From Chloropicon primus (Eukaryota), in NCBI GenBank assembly GCA_023205875.1, contig CP060760.1:310001-374000 (forward strand): DNA of 64,000 bases. Direction: 5' to 3'. Made by a program: the position numbers and the translations under genes. Shown in pieces: positions 23,801-33,863 of this stretch. Under the pieces are notes generated by a model that was given only the letters and a program-made list of their open reading frames with translations, had not been told where the DNA came from and searched no databases. How positions within the stretch are numbered: position 1 is the first letter of the stretch; each line of letters begins with the position of its first letter.

Positions 23801-24003
23801 GAAGAGTCCGTCGACATCGGGGACATCTTCATCGGCGAGTTCTTCATCAGCGAGTTCTTCCTCTGGCTCGACGTGGAAGGCACCTTCGCCGGACTCGACG
23901 CCGACCTTGACAAGGTCAAGCTGGAATTCAAAGAACCCGCGCGGCTCCCTGGGCTTCCCTCAGGGTGGGGCACCTCCTCCACCTCTTCCTGCTCGCGGTC
24001 CAT
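17899..24003 (-). CDS. Full-length ABCA-subfamily ABC transporter
   Basis: Two TMD-NBD halves: GSNGAGKST / LSGGQRRKL / LLDEPSTGMDP and GVNGAGKST / LSGGNQRKV / LTSHSMEECE. Large extracellular domain after TM1. Confidence 0.95.
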   Translation of the reverse strand: MDREQEEVEEVPHPEGSPGSRAGSLNSSLTLSRSASSPAKVPSTSSQRKNSLMKNSPMKMSPMSTDSSSVPPTPAQRLSTSKRKSKSHLVSQVKALLKKNYRIKYKRISNVVTLLLEIAVPVIFFALLGVSKLAKKNDQASSNDSQDLLEYKRTEATVGYPFPIMDVRWTLPLNESEIEASDKVNFCSYMGGAGNSLNNIFSTFTLGQAKPTFSPANQLLFAPNDEKHARLMRNAAKTLLCSRPADEVFNWELKQLTGVTSSPALPASYFAYLAYGSVFTKNTTHSYLEQVATCNYLYFLFDECLGGVGIDGIGAKFFKDFLTDSSGAKEPTEIVLGQLGDITRQNSTNLGNLLRCVTQVNADSFPELELLQSIVRNDPCEESCLNNDTCVSKHLDLFLKGFATEEEALDFVAENPTAVMGVVSFEDGGLDPGDDTYEYKIRVNATDIAPVRDNFLNWQSLGADEKFFWWRGYYPFVNIQHSVDKAIGRFMKGNDTAPTSPSEDIVFQISGYPTGQYTTISLEKVANMGLGLIFGVAWMFSVVIQTYTLVFEKETGLEEFQFIMGLNPLVYWFMHFVISFVPQIVISFAAAGVAGNPKGGFVHSNWTVLLVFFLVFQASLTSFVAALSLFFERVSTACVGAVMIYIGTLLPGLVVCMIYPGGNAAWIVIALLPASNAFAFGQQVMQLESVMEGAQWSNLGESFLSNEHITLRTYIIMAAFDVFLYLFFLWFFNQKVYKKMFDFALSKLQSNNSFGRTVSIWTGPGERKKMYQTLQTTDIPTVQIEELRKVYPNGVEALKGLTMDMYEGEVTALLGSNGAGKSTTISMLTGRLSPTSGDARILGRSLLKDISLIRRAMGVCTQYDSLWPLMTVREHMVYFAYVKGLDVGKAVKEMSKTLSQLDISHQIDELSSNLSGGQRRKLNLSLALLGDPYFILLDEPSTGMDPKSRKDTWDFIAKAKQERVILITTHYMDEAETLGDKIAIMSHGSLKCWGTPSYLKVVLKLGYQLRFLCEEAAKGKRVEDLIKANMSAAQFEPMAGTELKVLLADGERKNFPHLLRAIASNEGKLGIESYGLTCTTMEDVFLEIIKMSTMPPSEEHSVHCSAKLNTQTTSKLWESQFAVFLWKRFVDLKRDIVSIVLQSLGCIVLIIIGCGVLLKVIAPAIPSKQGAAYVSSQRNLAAPPSPLAVAQNFSDPVLMQEDLQNLYAEDFSFRFNSTAMSLRDFQENLLSNITNQRTSCERDRQQTCGALYYENAPNVTGTDIGENALYTLLFSQTAYHSPAASVNLFDTYMLRRENGSNAGLEIYVENHPLPKIGVAKNPSINYFIQNCNITFTTFVLGLGLIATCLATYVTYEKRLGANTLQLLSGANQILYHLSNYVWDLGVYLVVCILIFVVIFALPTRDFFDFSSGLGATIALLLLFGPASVSFGYLLQLPFRSEMVSFGVILGINAIAGLILFDISAILVVVNFPVYVDQGTIFTVQEVFEYIFPLHPVYAVTRGLFEITWFSVYRYYPITCVNVFQCSVYRPFDSPNTWNSLVTRMVIYLACEAVIYFALFLAIEMDLFSLGCLARRPADFHPRLIDEDVNAERERVMSTGHVTGDSSTASASETSFPDRLGKKDLVVIKNLWVGYGKKMILKGLSFGLREGRCFGLLGVNGAGKSTFFKILTGATTAVHGQVLVMKGGERVDLLRTDKTSRSKLVGYCPQADALLPRLTVTEQLQLYGAIKGMDRKDIGPAVAELVQTLGITRFLDKQTGSLSGGNQRKVSVAVALLGDPALVLLDEPSAGLDPASRRSLWNAITNSTQDKTVVLTSHSMEECEALCDYIGLMSAGEFHAFGTIAHLKRRFGSGYTGILYVSPDRMLDVLNALAKKDWLTVDEICGSEIRIILGSTIDLAEIFEKLERLLVQGYITDYSVSPTTLDEIFLGFAGGLLERNFVCRSELAVQTHSLMESKESIREHNEAKLEILNNFRSNSFNHLKSIDMTEDMLTSTGGGAWIDVFSSRCRAEPPPALRKSKSMSSSSRKSMVYEV

Positions 24004-24776
24004 CCCGAAACTCCGCAAAAAATGTCAGGAGCGCAACTCGCAGCGGTAGCGTCTTCAGGCAAGCTGCAAGGACCACCGACCACCCCAAGTCCCCCGCCTC
24101 GCCTTGTGACTGCTGGCTTGCCCCGCAGACTCCTCGACTCCTCGACGACGATGAAAGCGAGAGAGAGGGAGGGGGAGGCAGAGCAAGAAAGGCTTTGCGC
24201 GCGAGTGGAAAGAGTTGCGCGCCGAAAGGTGACGCCCTCGTCCCAGGCCAAGCCCAAATGCGATGCTCTCTCTCGGTCACGCCCACCGCACGGGGTCACG
24301 TCGTCGAGGTCCTCCCACCTTTCCCGTCCCCAAACCCTCACCAGAGCGCCACTCCTTTCGAGCGAGGGCTCTTTCGAAAGAGGAAGAGAAGCCCCTTTCG
24401 TCTGTCCCTTCCTATCGCGCACCTTGCGTCCCCGTCGCTCCCGTTTTCTCTCTCTCCTCCTCCAATCTCTCGTCTACCTTGAGACGGGCGGTTACTGGCG
24501 AATGACTCATGCGAATGATCGATCATTCGATCGCTTGAGGTTGGCAGCGGCCGCCCGAAGAGAGAGAGGGGAAGGGGAAGCGATCGATCGCGAGGGGAGG
24601 GGGCGCGGAGGGGCTTCGGAGGGGAGAAGCGAAGGGAACAATCGCAAGGAGCATCTCACGAGCTTTGGATCGACCTCTCGCTCGAAGGGAACGGCGCTCT
24701 GAGGAGGGACAGAGAGGAGGAGGAGAGGAGGAGAAAGGGGAAGGGGAAGGGGAAGGGATCGATCGGGAGGGATGGG

Positions 24777-27700
24777 ATGGTGAAGGCGGAGGGTTCTGGT
24801 GCGATGGAAGCGTCGACGTCGGCGTTGGATCCTGTGCCGGGGTGCGACGGCTCGGACGCGCGGTGGTGGAAGAAGGCTCTGAAGCGTGCGGAGAGGCTGG
24901 AAAGGGAAGAGGAAGTGTTGGAGGCGGCCAAGGTGGTGAATGAGAGGTTGCAGCGTAAGCTCGGCTCCCGGATCGTGTTCACGTCGAAGCCGCTTCCGGC
25001 GTTCCCGGAGCCGAAGAGGACGAAGGCGCACTGGGACTACCTGATGGACGAGATGGTTTGGCTGGCCAAGGAGTTCCAGAAGGAAAGGAAGTGGAAGCAG
25101 TCCCAGTGCAGGAAGTTTGCCCGGATCGTGGAGAGATCGAAGCTTGACGTGGACTCGAGGCGGGTGAAGAGGGAGCAGCAGCAGGTGCTGGCGATCAGGA
25201 AGAAGGCGTCGGAGCTGTCGAAGATGGTGATGACGTGGTGGAGCAAGGTGGAGAGGGTCGTGGTCCACAAGCAGCAGCACGAGGTGGAGAAGATCGAGAA
25301 GCACAGGCTGGACAAGCGCCTGGACAGGCTGGTGGCGAAGACGGAGAAGTGCTCCAAGTTGTTGGCCAAGAGGGTGGGAACGTTCATGCACAACGAGACG
25401 CCCGCGAGGAGCGAGTCGATGGCCCACAGCCAGCCCAGGTCTCAGAGGCGAGTGACTTTCGAGGACCAGCCAACGGAGGACCGCATGAGCGACGTGAACG
25501 AGGCCACCTCCAGGAAGCTGGACCAGATGTTTAGGGACGAAGCGAGGGACGGGGACTACGTCGGGAGCGACGAGGAGGTGGACGACGAGACAACGATCAT
25601 GGAGGAGGAGAGGGCCGCGGCGAGGGAGGGCAACAGGGGGGAACAAACCAAGAGGGAGCTCAGCACCCTGAAGGATGAGAACGAGATGCCCATTGAGGAG
25701 ATCCTGAAGCGGTACTACGCCAGCATGGAAGCAGAAGACAGCACGGGAGCGCCGGAGGGGGGAGGTGCGGAGACTGCGGGGGCTGCCTCGACTAGCGGCG
25801 CGGAATCTGGCCGGGACGAGGACAACGGGGTCGTCGTGAACGGGGATATCATCTTCAGGGAGGACAGGAACGACACCGAGTACGAGATGTCAGAGGACGA
25901 GGTGGACGACGAGAAGACGTTCGCCGAGGAAGAGAGGCTGGCGAGAAAGGAGGGGAACTTGAAGCAGAGGGAGGCAGAGGAGCTTGACGCCCTTCAGAAG
26001 GAGAGCGAGGTTCCGGTAGAGGAGCTGCTGGCGCAGTACCGCAGCCAGGTGATGGAGGGCGCGGGCCTTGGAGAGAGTGCTGGTCCTGAAGAAGAAGGTG
26101 GCGCGGACGAGGGCATTTTCAGGGAGGACAGGAACGACACCGAGTACGAGATGTCAGAGGATGAGGTGGACGACGAGAAGACGTTCGCCGAGGAAGAGAG
26201 GCTGGCGAGAAAGGAGGGGAACTTGAAGCAGAGGGAGGCGGAGGAGCTTGACGCCCTTCAGAAGGAGAGCGAGGTTCCGGTAGAGGAGCTGCTGGCGCAG
26301 TACCGCAGCCAGATGATGGAGGGCGCAGGTCCTGAAGAGGAGGAGGCGGAGACGCCGCCCCGGACTCCGATGACGAGAAAACGGAAAGCGGAATCCTTGC
26401 TGTCGAGTGAGACGAAGAGGACAAATTCGGATGTCCCAATGGAGGACGTGGAGCCTTGCACGAACGAAGTCAACAAGTTCAAGCCCCCTTTCCTCTTGAA
26501 GTACTCTTTGCGAGAGTACCAGACGGTCGGCCTGCAGTGGTTAGCCGCGCTGAGACAGAAGTCCTTGAACGGCATATTGGCGGACGAGATGGGGCTCGGG
26601 AAAACCATTCAGACAATTGCTTTGCTGGCCGACCTGGCCTGCAACCATGGCTATTGGGGACCGCATCTGATCGTCGTCCCGACGTCTGTCATGCTGAATT
26701 GGGAGATGGAGTTCAAGAAGTGGTGCCCCGCGTTCAAAATTTTGACGTACTACGGGACCGCCAAGGAAAGGCAGGCGAAGAGGCAAGGCTGGTCCAAGTT
26801 CAACAGTTTCCACGTGTGCATTACAACGTACACGCTCATCCTGCAGGACAAGAACATGTTCAGAAGGAAGAAGTGGGACTACTTGATCTTGGACGAGGCC
26901 CACATGATCAAGAACTGGCAGTCCCAGAGGTGGCAGACGCTGCTGCGGTTCAATGCACGCAGGAGAATCTTGCTCACAGGCACGCCCTTGCAGAACAACC
27001 TCATGGAGCTGTGGAGTCTGATGCATTTCCTCATGCCAAAAATCTTCGAGTCCCACGATGAGTTCAAGGAGTGGTTCAATAACCCCTTGACGAGTGCAGT
27101 GGAGGGCCAGGCGTCATTGAGCAGACAGCTCGTGAAGCGCCTTCACGGGATATTGAGGCCATTTATCCTCAGGAGGTTGAAGGCCGAGGTCGAGAAGAAG
27201 CTTCCTGGGAAGGTGGAGCACATCGTTTACTGCAAGCTCTCGAAGAGGCAAAGGAACCTGTACGAAGATTATGTTGGCAACTCGGAGACTCAGTCGACTC
27301 TGGCGAGTGGAAACTACTTTGGCGTGTTCAACATTCTCATGCAGCTCCGGAAGGTCTGTAACCACCCAGACTTGTTTGAAGGCAGGGCCATCAAATCAGC
27401 CTTTGACGCAAAGTGTCTCTCTTTGCGCTACCCGAAGCTTTGCATAATGGATGTGAACGTCAGCGCAGCTGAAGCAGTGAACCTCTTCTCCGTTGGCTTT
27501 GCCAAGGCACCGTCCTCAGCTTCTGTCCTGACGTCTTGGGACTGGGACTTTCTCGAGGCTCACCAAACCCCTCTGAACGTCTTTGAAGAGAGCGCGAATG
27601 CGAAGGACGCAAAGCTCTACCCAAAGTGGCTCAATTCAGTGGCGAGCCCGACAAAGTCCATCGTCATGAAATCCATTCTTGCCGCTGCCAACAAGGCGAA

Positions 27701-29135
27701 AAGTTGGAGAAGGAACAGAAACATCTTCTTCTCTGCGCTGAATTCTGTGCGGTGTGGCGTCAGGCCAATGTACACAAGGAACCTCATCGAGAGCGTGACG
27801 ATAGAGAAAAGGGGGAGCATTCTTCGGCAGTGGAAGCCACTGTGCGTGACCTTTGAGGGCCGGTGCGAAGGCTACGCTGAGACGTTGGAAAACTTTACGT
27901 TTGCGATTCCGAAGGCGAGGGCAATCATGCTAAAGCTGTGGTGCAGCCACCCCGACTGGAAGAAGAGGTACGAGCTGGACTGCCCGGAAGACTTCAAGGC
28001 GAAGGCCCTTGCAGTCATGGGGGCATTCCACAATGTGGCAGCACGTCTGCGGCTCTTCTTTCCGGACAGGAGGCTCGTTCAGTTTGATTGTGGAAAGCTG
28101 CAGCAGCTTGCTGCCCTGCTTCACAAGCTGAAAGCAGGGGGGCATCGGGTCCTGATATTCACGCAAATGTCAAAGATGCTGGATATCCTGGAGTCGTTCT
28201 TGAACTTGTACTCCTACACGTACCTGAGGCTTGACGGGGCCACGAAGCCGGAGCAGCGCCAGGCCTACACCCAGAGGTTCAACACCGACAAGAAGATATT
28301 CGCGTTCATTCTCTCGACGAGGAGTGGAGGCGTGGGAATCAACCTCACCGGGGCTGACACTGTCATCTTTTACGACAGCGACTGGAACCCCGCCATGGAC
28401 CACCAGGCCCAGGACAGGTGCCACAGAATCGGGCAGACGAGGGAAGTGCACATCTATCGGCTTGTCACCAAGCACACGGTGGAGGAGAACATCATGAAGA
28501 AATCCAACCAGAAGCGCCACCTGGATCACCTCGCGATCCAGAGCGGAGAGTTCAATGTCGACTTCCTGAGCAACGCAATGAATGCGCAGGATCTTCTGGG
28601 AGGCTCGGGGGGGTTGAAGAAGGGGGCGCAGCAGCAGCAGGGGCGGGCGGGGATGACGGCAAAGGACATCCGGGACGCTCTGAACAATGCGGAGGATGAC
28701 ATCGATAAGGAGGCCGCGAAAGTGGCAGAGAAGGAAGCCGAAGCCGATATGGCTGAGTTTGTTTCGGAGGGAGGCTCGGTCCTCGAGGGCGAGGGCGGGG
28801 AAATGAGGGCGGCGGGTGCAGGCGCGGAGGCCGACACGCCCCCAGACGGCGAGATCAAGGAGAACGTGTTCGACTTCAAATCCTTGGAGGAGCTTCTGAA
28901 TCCCGTGGACCTGTACGCCATTCGTTTCTACGAGAACCTTTATCCCTTCGACCCGCACCAGTACGTCAAAGTGGCTGATGTAGAGGAGGTGAAGGAGGCG
29001 CACGTGGAAGCGGACGAGGATTTGGATATCCAAGAGTTCAACGAGGAAGACATCCACGAGCTGAACGTGGTGAGTGAGTGGGACCCGGCGGAGGCCCGGC
29101 GCGTGTACAGGGACCTCGTAGGTCAATCGTCATGA
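24777..29135 (+). CDS. SWR1: SWR1/PIE1 (SRCAP) H2A.Z-exchange Snf2 helicase
   Basis: HSA domain (EPKRTKAHWDYLMDEMVWLAKEF), GILADEMGLGKT, DEAH, split ATPase with insertion, CGKLQ, QAQDRCHRIGQTR. Confidence 0.95.
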   Translation: MVKAEGSGAMEASTSALDPVPGCDGSDARWWKKALKRAERLEREEEVLEAAKVVNERLQRKLGSRIVFTSKPLPAFPEPKRTKAHWDYLMDEMVWLAKEFQKERKWKQSQCRKFARIVERSKLDVDSRRVKREQQQVLAIRKKASELSKMVMTWWSKVERVVVHKQQHEVEKIEKHRLDKRLDRLVAKTEKCSKLLAKRVGTFMHNETPARSESMAHSQPRSQRRVTFEDQPTEDRMSDVNEATSRKLDQMFRDEARDGDYVGSDEEVDDETTIMEEERAAAREGNRGEQTKRELSTLKDENEMPIEEILKRYYASMEAEDSTGAPEGGGAETAGAASTSGAESGRDEDNGVVVNGDIIFREDRNDTEYEMSEDEVDDEKTFAEEERLARKEGNLKQREAEELDALQKESEVPVEELLAQYRSQVMEGAGLGESAGPEEEGGADEGIFREDRNDTEYEMSEDEVDDEKTFAEEERLARKEGNLKQREAEELDALQKESEVPVEELLAQYRSQMMEGAGPEEEEAETPPRTPMTRKRKAESLLSSETKRTNSDVPMEDVEPCTNEVNKFKPPFLLKYSLREYQTVGLQWLAALRQKSLNGILADEMGLGKTIQTIALLADLACNHGYWGPHLIVVPTSVMLNWEMEFKKWCPAFKILTYYGTAKERQAKRQGWSKFNSFHVCITTYTLILQDKNMFRRKKWDYLILDEAHMIKNWQSQRWQTLLRFNARRRILLTGTPLQNNLMELWSLMHFLMPKIFESHDEFKEWFNNPLTSAVEGQASLSRQLVKRLHGILRPFILRRLKAEVEKKLPGKVEHIVYCKLSKRQRNLYEDYVGNSETQSTLASGNYFGVFNILMQLRKVCNHPDLFEGRAIKSAFDAKCLSLRYPKLCIMDVNVSAAEAVNLFSVGFAKAPSSASVLTSWDWDFLEAHQTPLNVFEESANAKDAKLYPKWLNSVASPTKSIVMKSILAAANKAKSWRRNRNIFFSALNSVRCGVRPMYTRNLIESVTIEKRGSILRQWKPLCVTFEGRCEGYAETLENFTFAIPKARAIMLKLWCSHPDWKKRYELDCPEDFKAKALAVMGAFHNVAARLRLFFPDRRLVQFDCGKLQQLAALLHKLKAGGHRVLIFTQMSKMLDILESFLNLYSYTYLRLDGATKPEQRQAYTQRFNTDKKIFAFILSTRSGGVGINLTGADTVIFYDSDWNPAMDHQAQDRCHRIGQTREVHIYRLVTKHTVEENIMKKSNQKRHLDHLAIQSGEFNVDFLSNAMNAQDLLGGSGGLKKGAQQQQGRAGMTAKDIRDALNNAEDDIDKEAAKVAEKEAEADMAEFVSEGGSVLEGEGGEMRAAGAGAEADTPPDGEIKENVFDFKSLEELLNPVDLYAIRFYENLYPFDPHQYVKVADVEEVKEAHVEADEDLDIQEFNEEDIHELNVVSEWDPAEARRVYRDLVGQSS
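25854..26326 (+). repeat. Intragenic direct repeat in SWR1: 25854..26062 and 26118..26326 (209 bp, period 264)
   Basis: Near-identical copies with three substitutions seen by eye (GAC/GAT, GCA/GCG, GTG/ATG). Confidence 0.9.
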
Positions 29136-29284
29136 TAAGCGGGGTGCATATTGTTGTGTAATGAATCCATGATGGGTTATTAATGCGTGGTGGTCTTGAT
29201 GCATTATTACAAAGCTCTTTCTTTTATTAGAAGGCAGGTCCCTCTGATCGAAAGCCCTTTTCCTCTTCTATTCGGTGCGATCAA

Positions 29285-30475
29285 TTACTTCGACTTTGCT
29301 TTGCTTCTGTTCTGGAGCTCCGTGTACAACGCGGTACCGGCGAGAGCAATGCAGGTTCCGAGGATCGTTTGCCTGGTCAGAATGTTGCCGAAGAAGAGCA
29401 CGGAGCTTCCGATGATGATAATCCTCTTCACCACGTTTGCAACGCCGTGGGAAACTGGGTTCACGCGCTGCAAGGTGTTGAAAGCGAACTGGTTGTAGAG
29501 GTGGTAGAACATTCCCACGGCGACCAGGTACAGGCAGAATTGCGTGGCCCCGATGCTCTCGATCGCAGCCTCGGCGCCGGCCTTCAGGGTCGGGCCCTCC
29601 ACGATCAAGGCCAGTGGCGCGCAGACCAAGAGGGAGATGAGCGTGGTGTAAGCGTAGAGGGAGGTGCTGCTGAGATCGGTCAAGGCCCCCATCGTCTTCT
29701 TGGACAAGACCGCCCTCAAGCCGAACGTCAAGTTGCTTATCATGGCCCCCGCAAAGCCCATGAGGTTGAAGGTGAGGTCCCCGCACACCGCCATGGCGAC
29801 TCCCCCGATGATGGGGACGAGGGACAGGAGGACCGGAACCGGCGTGGCTTGGCCCATGATCAGCCACTGCAAGCTTGCGCTGAAGACGGGCTCCAGGGTC
29901 TTGACCGTGTGGGTCAGCGAGATCGCAACGGCGGCGAAGGACAAGTTCGCGGCAATGTGACCGAGGGCGTGCATCGACGCGGGGGCGAAAATCATTCCAA
30001 ACTCCTTCTTCGTGATTGGCCTTCCGAAGGACGCCTTCTTGGCACCCACTGCGTAGGCCAGGGCGCAGTAGATCGTCCCCACGAGGACGTGGACGGTCGA
30101 CACGGTCCAGGGGTACGGGAAGTGCTTGAAGAGCGACTTGTTGGTCAAGTTGAAGGCCACGTTGACGGCGTACCAGAGGGTAATGAAGCCCGCCGTGATG
30201 AGGGTCTCCTTCGTCGGGCCCTTGGCCGCCGGCGGCGTGACATCGACGGGCTCGGACGAGGCCCTCGCCACGTGGCGGGGACCCGACGTGGCCGAGACAC
30301 CCCTCGCACCGAGGGCAGCGATGGAGCCCGTCCTCCTCCTCGCACGGGGGGTAGCCTCACGCGCCACGGTGGCCGCACCCCTCCTCAGCAGGTGGGCCCG
30401 CGCCACGGCCGATGTCTTCGCCACGGTGGCCAACGCCCCCGGCTTCCCAACGCTCGTCGTCATCATCACCACCAT
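29285..30475 (-). CDS. TPT: Plastid triose-phosphate/phosphate translocator
   Basis: Ala/Arg/Ser/Thr-rich transit peptide, WYAVNVAFNLTNK, SFAAVAISLTHTVKTLEP, GMFYHLYNQ, SHGVANVVKR. Confidence 0.9.
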   Translation of the reverse strand: MVVMMTTSVGKPGALATVAKTSAVARAHLLRRGAATVAREATPRARRRTGSIAALGARGVSATSGPRHVARASSEPVDVTPPAAKGPTKETLITAGFITLWYAVNVAFNLTNKSLFKHFPYPWTVSTVHVLVGTIYCALAYAVGAKKASFGRPITKKEFGMIFAPASMHALGHIAANLSFAAVAISLTHTVKTLEPVFSASLQWLIMGQATPVPVLLSLVPIIGGVAMAVCGDLTFNLMGFAGAMISNLTFGLRAVLSKKTMGALTDLSSTSLYAYTTLISLLVCAPLALIVEGPTLKAGAEAAIESIGATQFCLYLVAVGMFYHLYNQFAFNTLQRVNPVSHGVANVVKRIIIIGSSVLFFGNILTRQTILGTCIALAGTALYTELQNRSKAKSK

Positions 30476-31018
30476 CACCTCACCCACCAAGTCCGTTAAA
30501 GCAAAAGCAAACTCCCTTGGGTCCGGCCGGCCCTCTCCTCGAAAACAAACAATGCAGAGAGTGGAAGAGCGCGAGAGCGACACACCGTGCTCAGCTCGAG
30601 AGGCGGCGAGAGAACAGAACGCACACAACAACAACAACGCCTCGTCGTCAAGTCACTCGTCGTCAAGGTCACTCGTCGTCGTCAAGTCCGTCGGTTACGT
30701 TAGGTTTTTGGTTTTCTGAAAAAGCCCTCCTCGCTTTACACCTCGAACAAACCCAAGTGGTGCGCCTTGGCGAAGGAGGAGGTAAGGGAGGTCGACTTGC
30801 CTTGGTTGTTCGCGAGGGAAATGGACCCTTTTCCCGTGAGCACCCTGGACGCCTCCTCGTTCTCCTGTCCGAAGAGGACTCCATGACTGAAGCTCTTTTG
30901 TCCACTTTGTCTCTCCATGATATACCTTTCTTCTTCTTCTTCATTCCATTTCGTTTTTGCCGTGGTGGTTGGCGTGTGCAGGAGCGAGCGAGGGGAGAAG
31001 AAGAGAGGAGGCGGCGAC

Positions 31019-31889
31019 ATGGTTTTGGTGCTTTGTCTTGGGGACTTGCACGTCCCTTATAGGACGAGCGATTTGCCTCAACAGTTCAAAGATATTCTCC
31101 TTCCAGGAAAAGTAGGTCAGATCCTTTGCACGGGAGATATCTGCACCAAGGAGATGTACGACTACCTGAAGACCATATGCACCAACATCCACGTGGTGAA
31201 GGGCCAGTTCGACGAGGACCACGCGTACCCTGAGACCAAGGTAAGGCAGAGAGAGCGGGGGCGCGGGGGGGGGGGATATGATGATGGAGGTCTGCAGCAC
31301 GGAGTCCACCCAGAAGTCCTTCTTTTTCTTCCTCTTTAGTTTGCCTCGGACCCCACGCTGCTGGCTGCCTCTTCAGGTGGCTTCCACCGGGCAGCCTGCT
31401 CTTCCTGCCCTTGAAGGAGAAAGAGAACTGACCCTTTCTTTTTTCTTTTGCCCCCCGCCTCCCGCGCGAAACAGGTGGTGAAGATAGGAGACCTGAAGTT
31501 TGGTCTCGTCCACGGGCACACGGTGATTCCTTGGGGCGACATTAGCTCCCTCGGCATGGTTCAGAGGCAGATGGACGTTGATGTATTGATTAGCGGGCAC
31601 ACGCACGAGTTTAGGACGTACGCTTACGAAGACAAGCTCCTGGTCAACCCAGGTTCGGCGACGGGAGCCTACAGCAGCAAGGAGGCTTCGACGACGCCGA
31701 GTTTTTGCCTCTTCGATGTGGATTCTACAAAGGTAAGCAGGGCGCAGGCTCAATGGTGCGATGCAGGAACACGCCGACGCTGACATACACGCACACGGAC
31801 ACGTCTCTCTCAAGGCCACCATATACACGTACAAGTTGAAAGACGGCGAAGTGAAGAAGGAGAAGATGTTCTTCGAAAAGAGAGCTTGA
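31019..31889 (+). CDS. VPS29: Retromer subunit VPS29; join(31019..31240,31475..31732,31815..31889)
   Basis: MVLVLCLGDLHVP, GLVHGH, ISGHTH and NPGSATGA motifs. Two phase-0 GT-AG introns give a 184-aa product. Confidence 0.95.
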
Positions 31890-32296
31890 AGAGGAAAGGA
31901 AAATAAAATTAAAAACCGAGAATGGGCTCACGGTCCTTGGGCACTGGTTCCCGTGTCCCAGCTCCTCGATGAGTAAAGCCACGCCACCCCTGTAATCAAA
32001 AAGTGAAAGTATCCGAAGTATTTTCCTATTTTCCATCCGCAAAACCAAAACCAAGAAGATCGACCTGCCGACCGCGCGAAAAGACGGAGACGTACGACCT
32101 AGAGGTACCCTTTGAACGAATTTGGGACAAGAGCGACGGCAGAATCCTCCCGAGGACGACTTGATCCTTCCACCTCACCCCATTGTCCAGGCAAAGGGGT
32201 GGTGGTCCCTCCTTCCTTCCTTCCTTTATAGGTTTGGTTTTGATAGACTCTATAATATAGTGGGACCAGGCCGAGGGCTGGCTTTGATTGGAGACC

Positions 32297-33556
32297 ATGA
32301 GTGCCGAGAGACTTAATGCCCTGAGGGAGTAAGTGACTCGGGATGCGGAAGACGTGTTCAAGGTGAGACCTTTGCGTTTGTGTGCCACTAACACTTTGGG
32401 TTTCATTGGTCTTTGCCTCCATCTTGATCTTGTGTGCGTGTGAACGCGATGGTTTGTTAGGAACCTTGCCAAGGACGAGCTCAAGCTGGAGAGGCAGAGC
32501 TTTTTCATGAGCGTGGAGAACAGCTTGAACTTGGTGAAAGCGGAGAAGAACTTGAGGCTGGCGAGGAAGGCGAAGAAGGTTGCGGAGGAGTCCAGCAAGA
32601 GGAGCAGGACTTCTTCTGCTATGTTGTTGGGTTGGTCCTCGACGTTCGCGCAGCAGGAGGCGACGGACGCTCCCTCGACCTCGAGGGACCGCACGACAGA
32701 GGCCATGGGCATCAAGCAAGTCATCCAGGACAGCCTGAAGACGAGGAGGCAGGCAGGCCCACCCAGGGAGACCTTCCTGAGCAGCAGCAACAGCAGGGAG
32801 TCCCCGCCGAGAACGAGCTTCGCGGAGAGGAACGTGAAGGCGACGACGCCCAAGCCCAAGGAGGGGGAGACGGGCGAGCAGGAGGGCTCCTTCGAGAGGT
32901 GGCTGAGGCTTCGCAGCGTGATGATGAAGAAGGACTGCCTGGTGAGTGCGGAGAGAGCCAAGCCCTCGCCCCTGGCGGACCCCAAGGCCACGGTGGAGTC
33001 CCTCTTCAAGTCCTGCGCTCCCGGCGCCCCTCCGTCCATCTTTGGATCGTCCTCGACGTCGTTGGAAAGGCGGAGCAGCAGGCCTCCGCCGCAGAGGCCT
33101 CCACAGCTGTACTCGCAGACGAAGAGGCACTTGCAGCAGATCCTACAGCAGCAGATCCTACAGCAGCAGAACCACGCCGCGGCGGCGAAGAGGCCCAGGG
33201 AGGAGCCTCAGCGCCCAACGAGCAACCAAGAGGACCAGAACCAGCGCAAGAGAAGGACCAAGGCGATGATGTTGTCCCTGCTGAACGAGCCTCAGACGTA
33301 CCGGCTAAGCGACCTGCTGGAGGAGAACTGGCCCAACCAGCAGGAGAAGAAGCAGCAGGACGCCGTCGTCGTGGAGAGGAAGGGGGAGGGGGACCCGCGA
33401 CCGCCGGTGGTGAAGGAGGCCAAACAGCCGGTGGTGGTGCCGGAACCAAAGTCCCAGGCCCACAGCCAGCACGAGCTGATCGAGCTGGGCATGAAGAGCG
33501 CCCTGGACCTTGCGAAGAGTTTCTCCCGGTCGGTGCTCCACCACAGCAGCAACTAA
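32297..33556 (+). CDS. Hypothetical low-complexity protein; join(32297..32328,32461..33556)
   Basis: A phase-2 GTAAGT...TTAG intron links MSAERLNALR to the 349-aa ORF. No recognised domain. Confidence 0.6.
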
Positions 33557-33863
33557 CTGAGAGAGAGAGAGGGGGGGGGGGAGGACAAGAAAGAGAAAGG
33601 AAGGGGGAGAAAGAGAGGGAGAGAGGGACTTCCACTCGTCTTGGCGGGGCTTTGCCTTCCTATTAGAGAGGAGCCTGGTCGCCGAAAGGGCTCGTAAGTT
33701 TGTAACGTCTTAAACCGACTCCAAGAAAAATAACGTGCGACGAATCCATCAGCGCAGGAGGCGATGAAGGAGAATGAATGCGATGCGATGCAGAGTGACA
33801 GGGGACCTCCTCGTCGTCGCGCGACCACCTCACCGTGATCCCTCCTCCCCGGTTTGGTTCGAC

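Noticed and set aside
32330..32332. In-frame TAA after ATG 32297 suggesting read-through or an altered genetic code
   Set aside because: It lies inside the GTAAGT splice donor. The phase-2 intron restores the frame.
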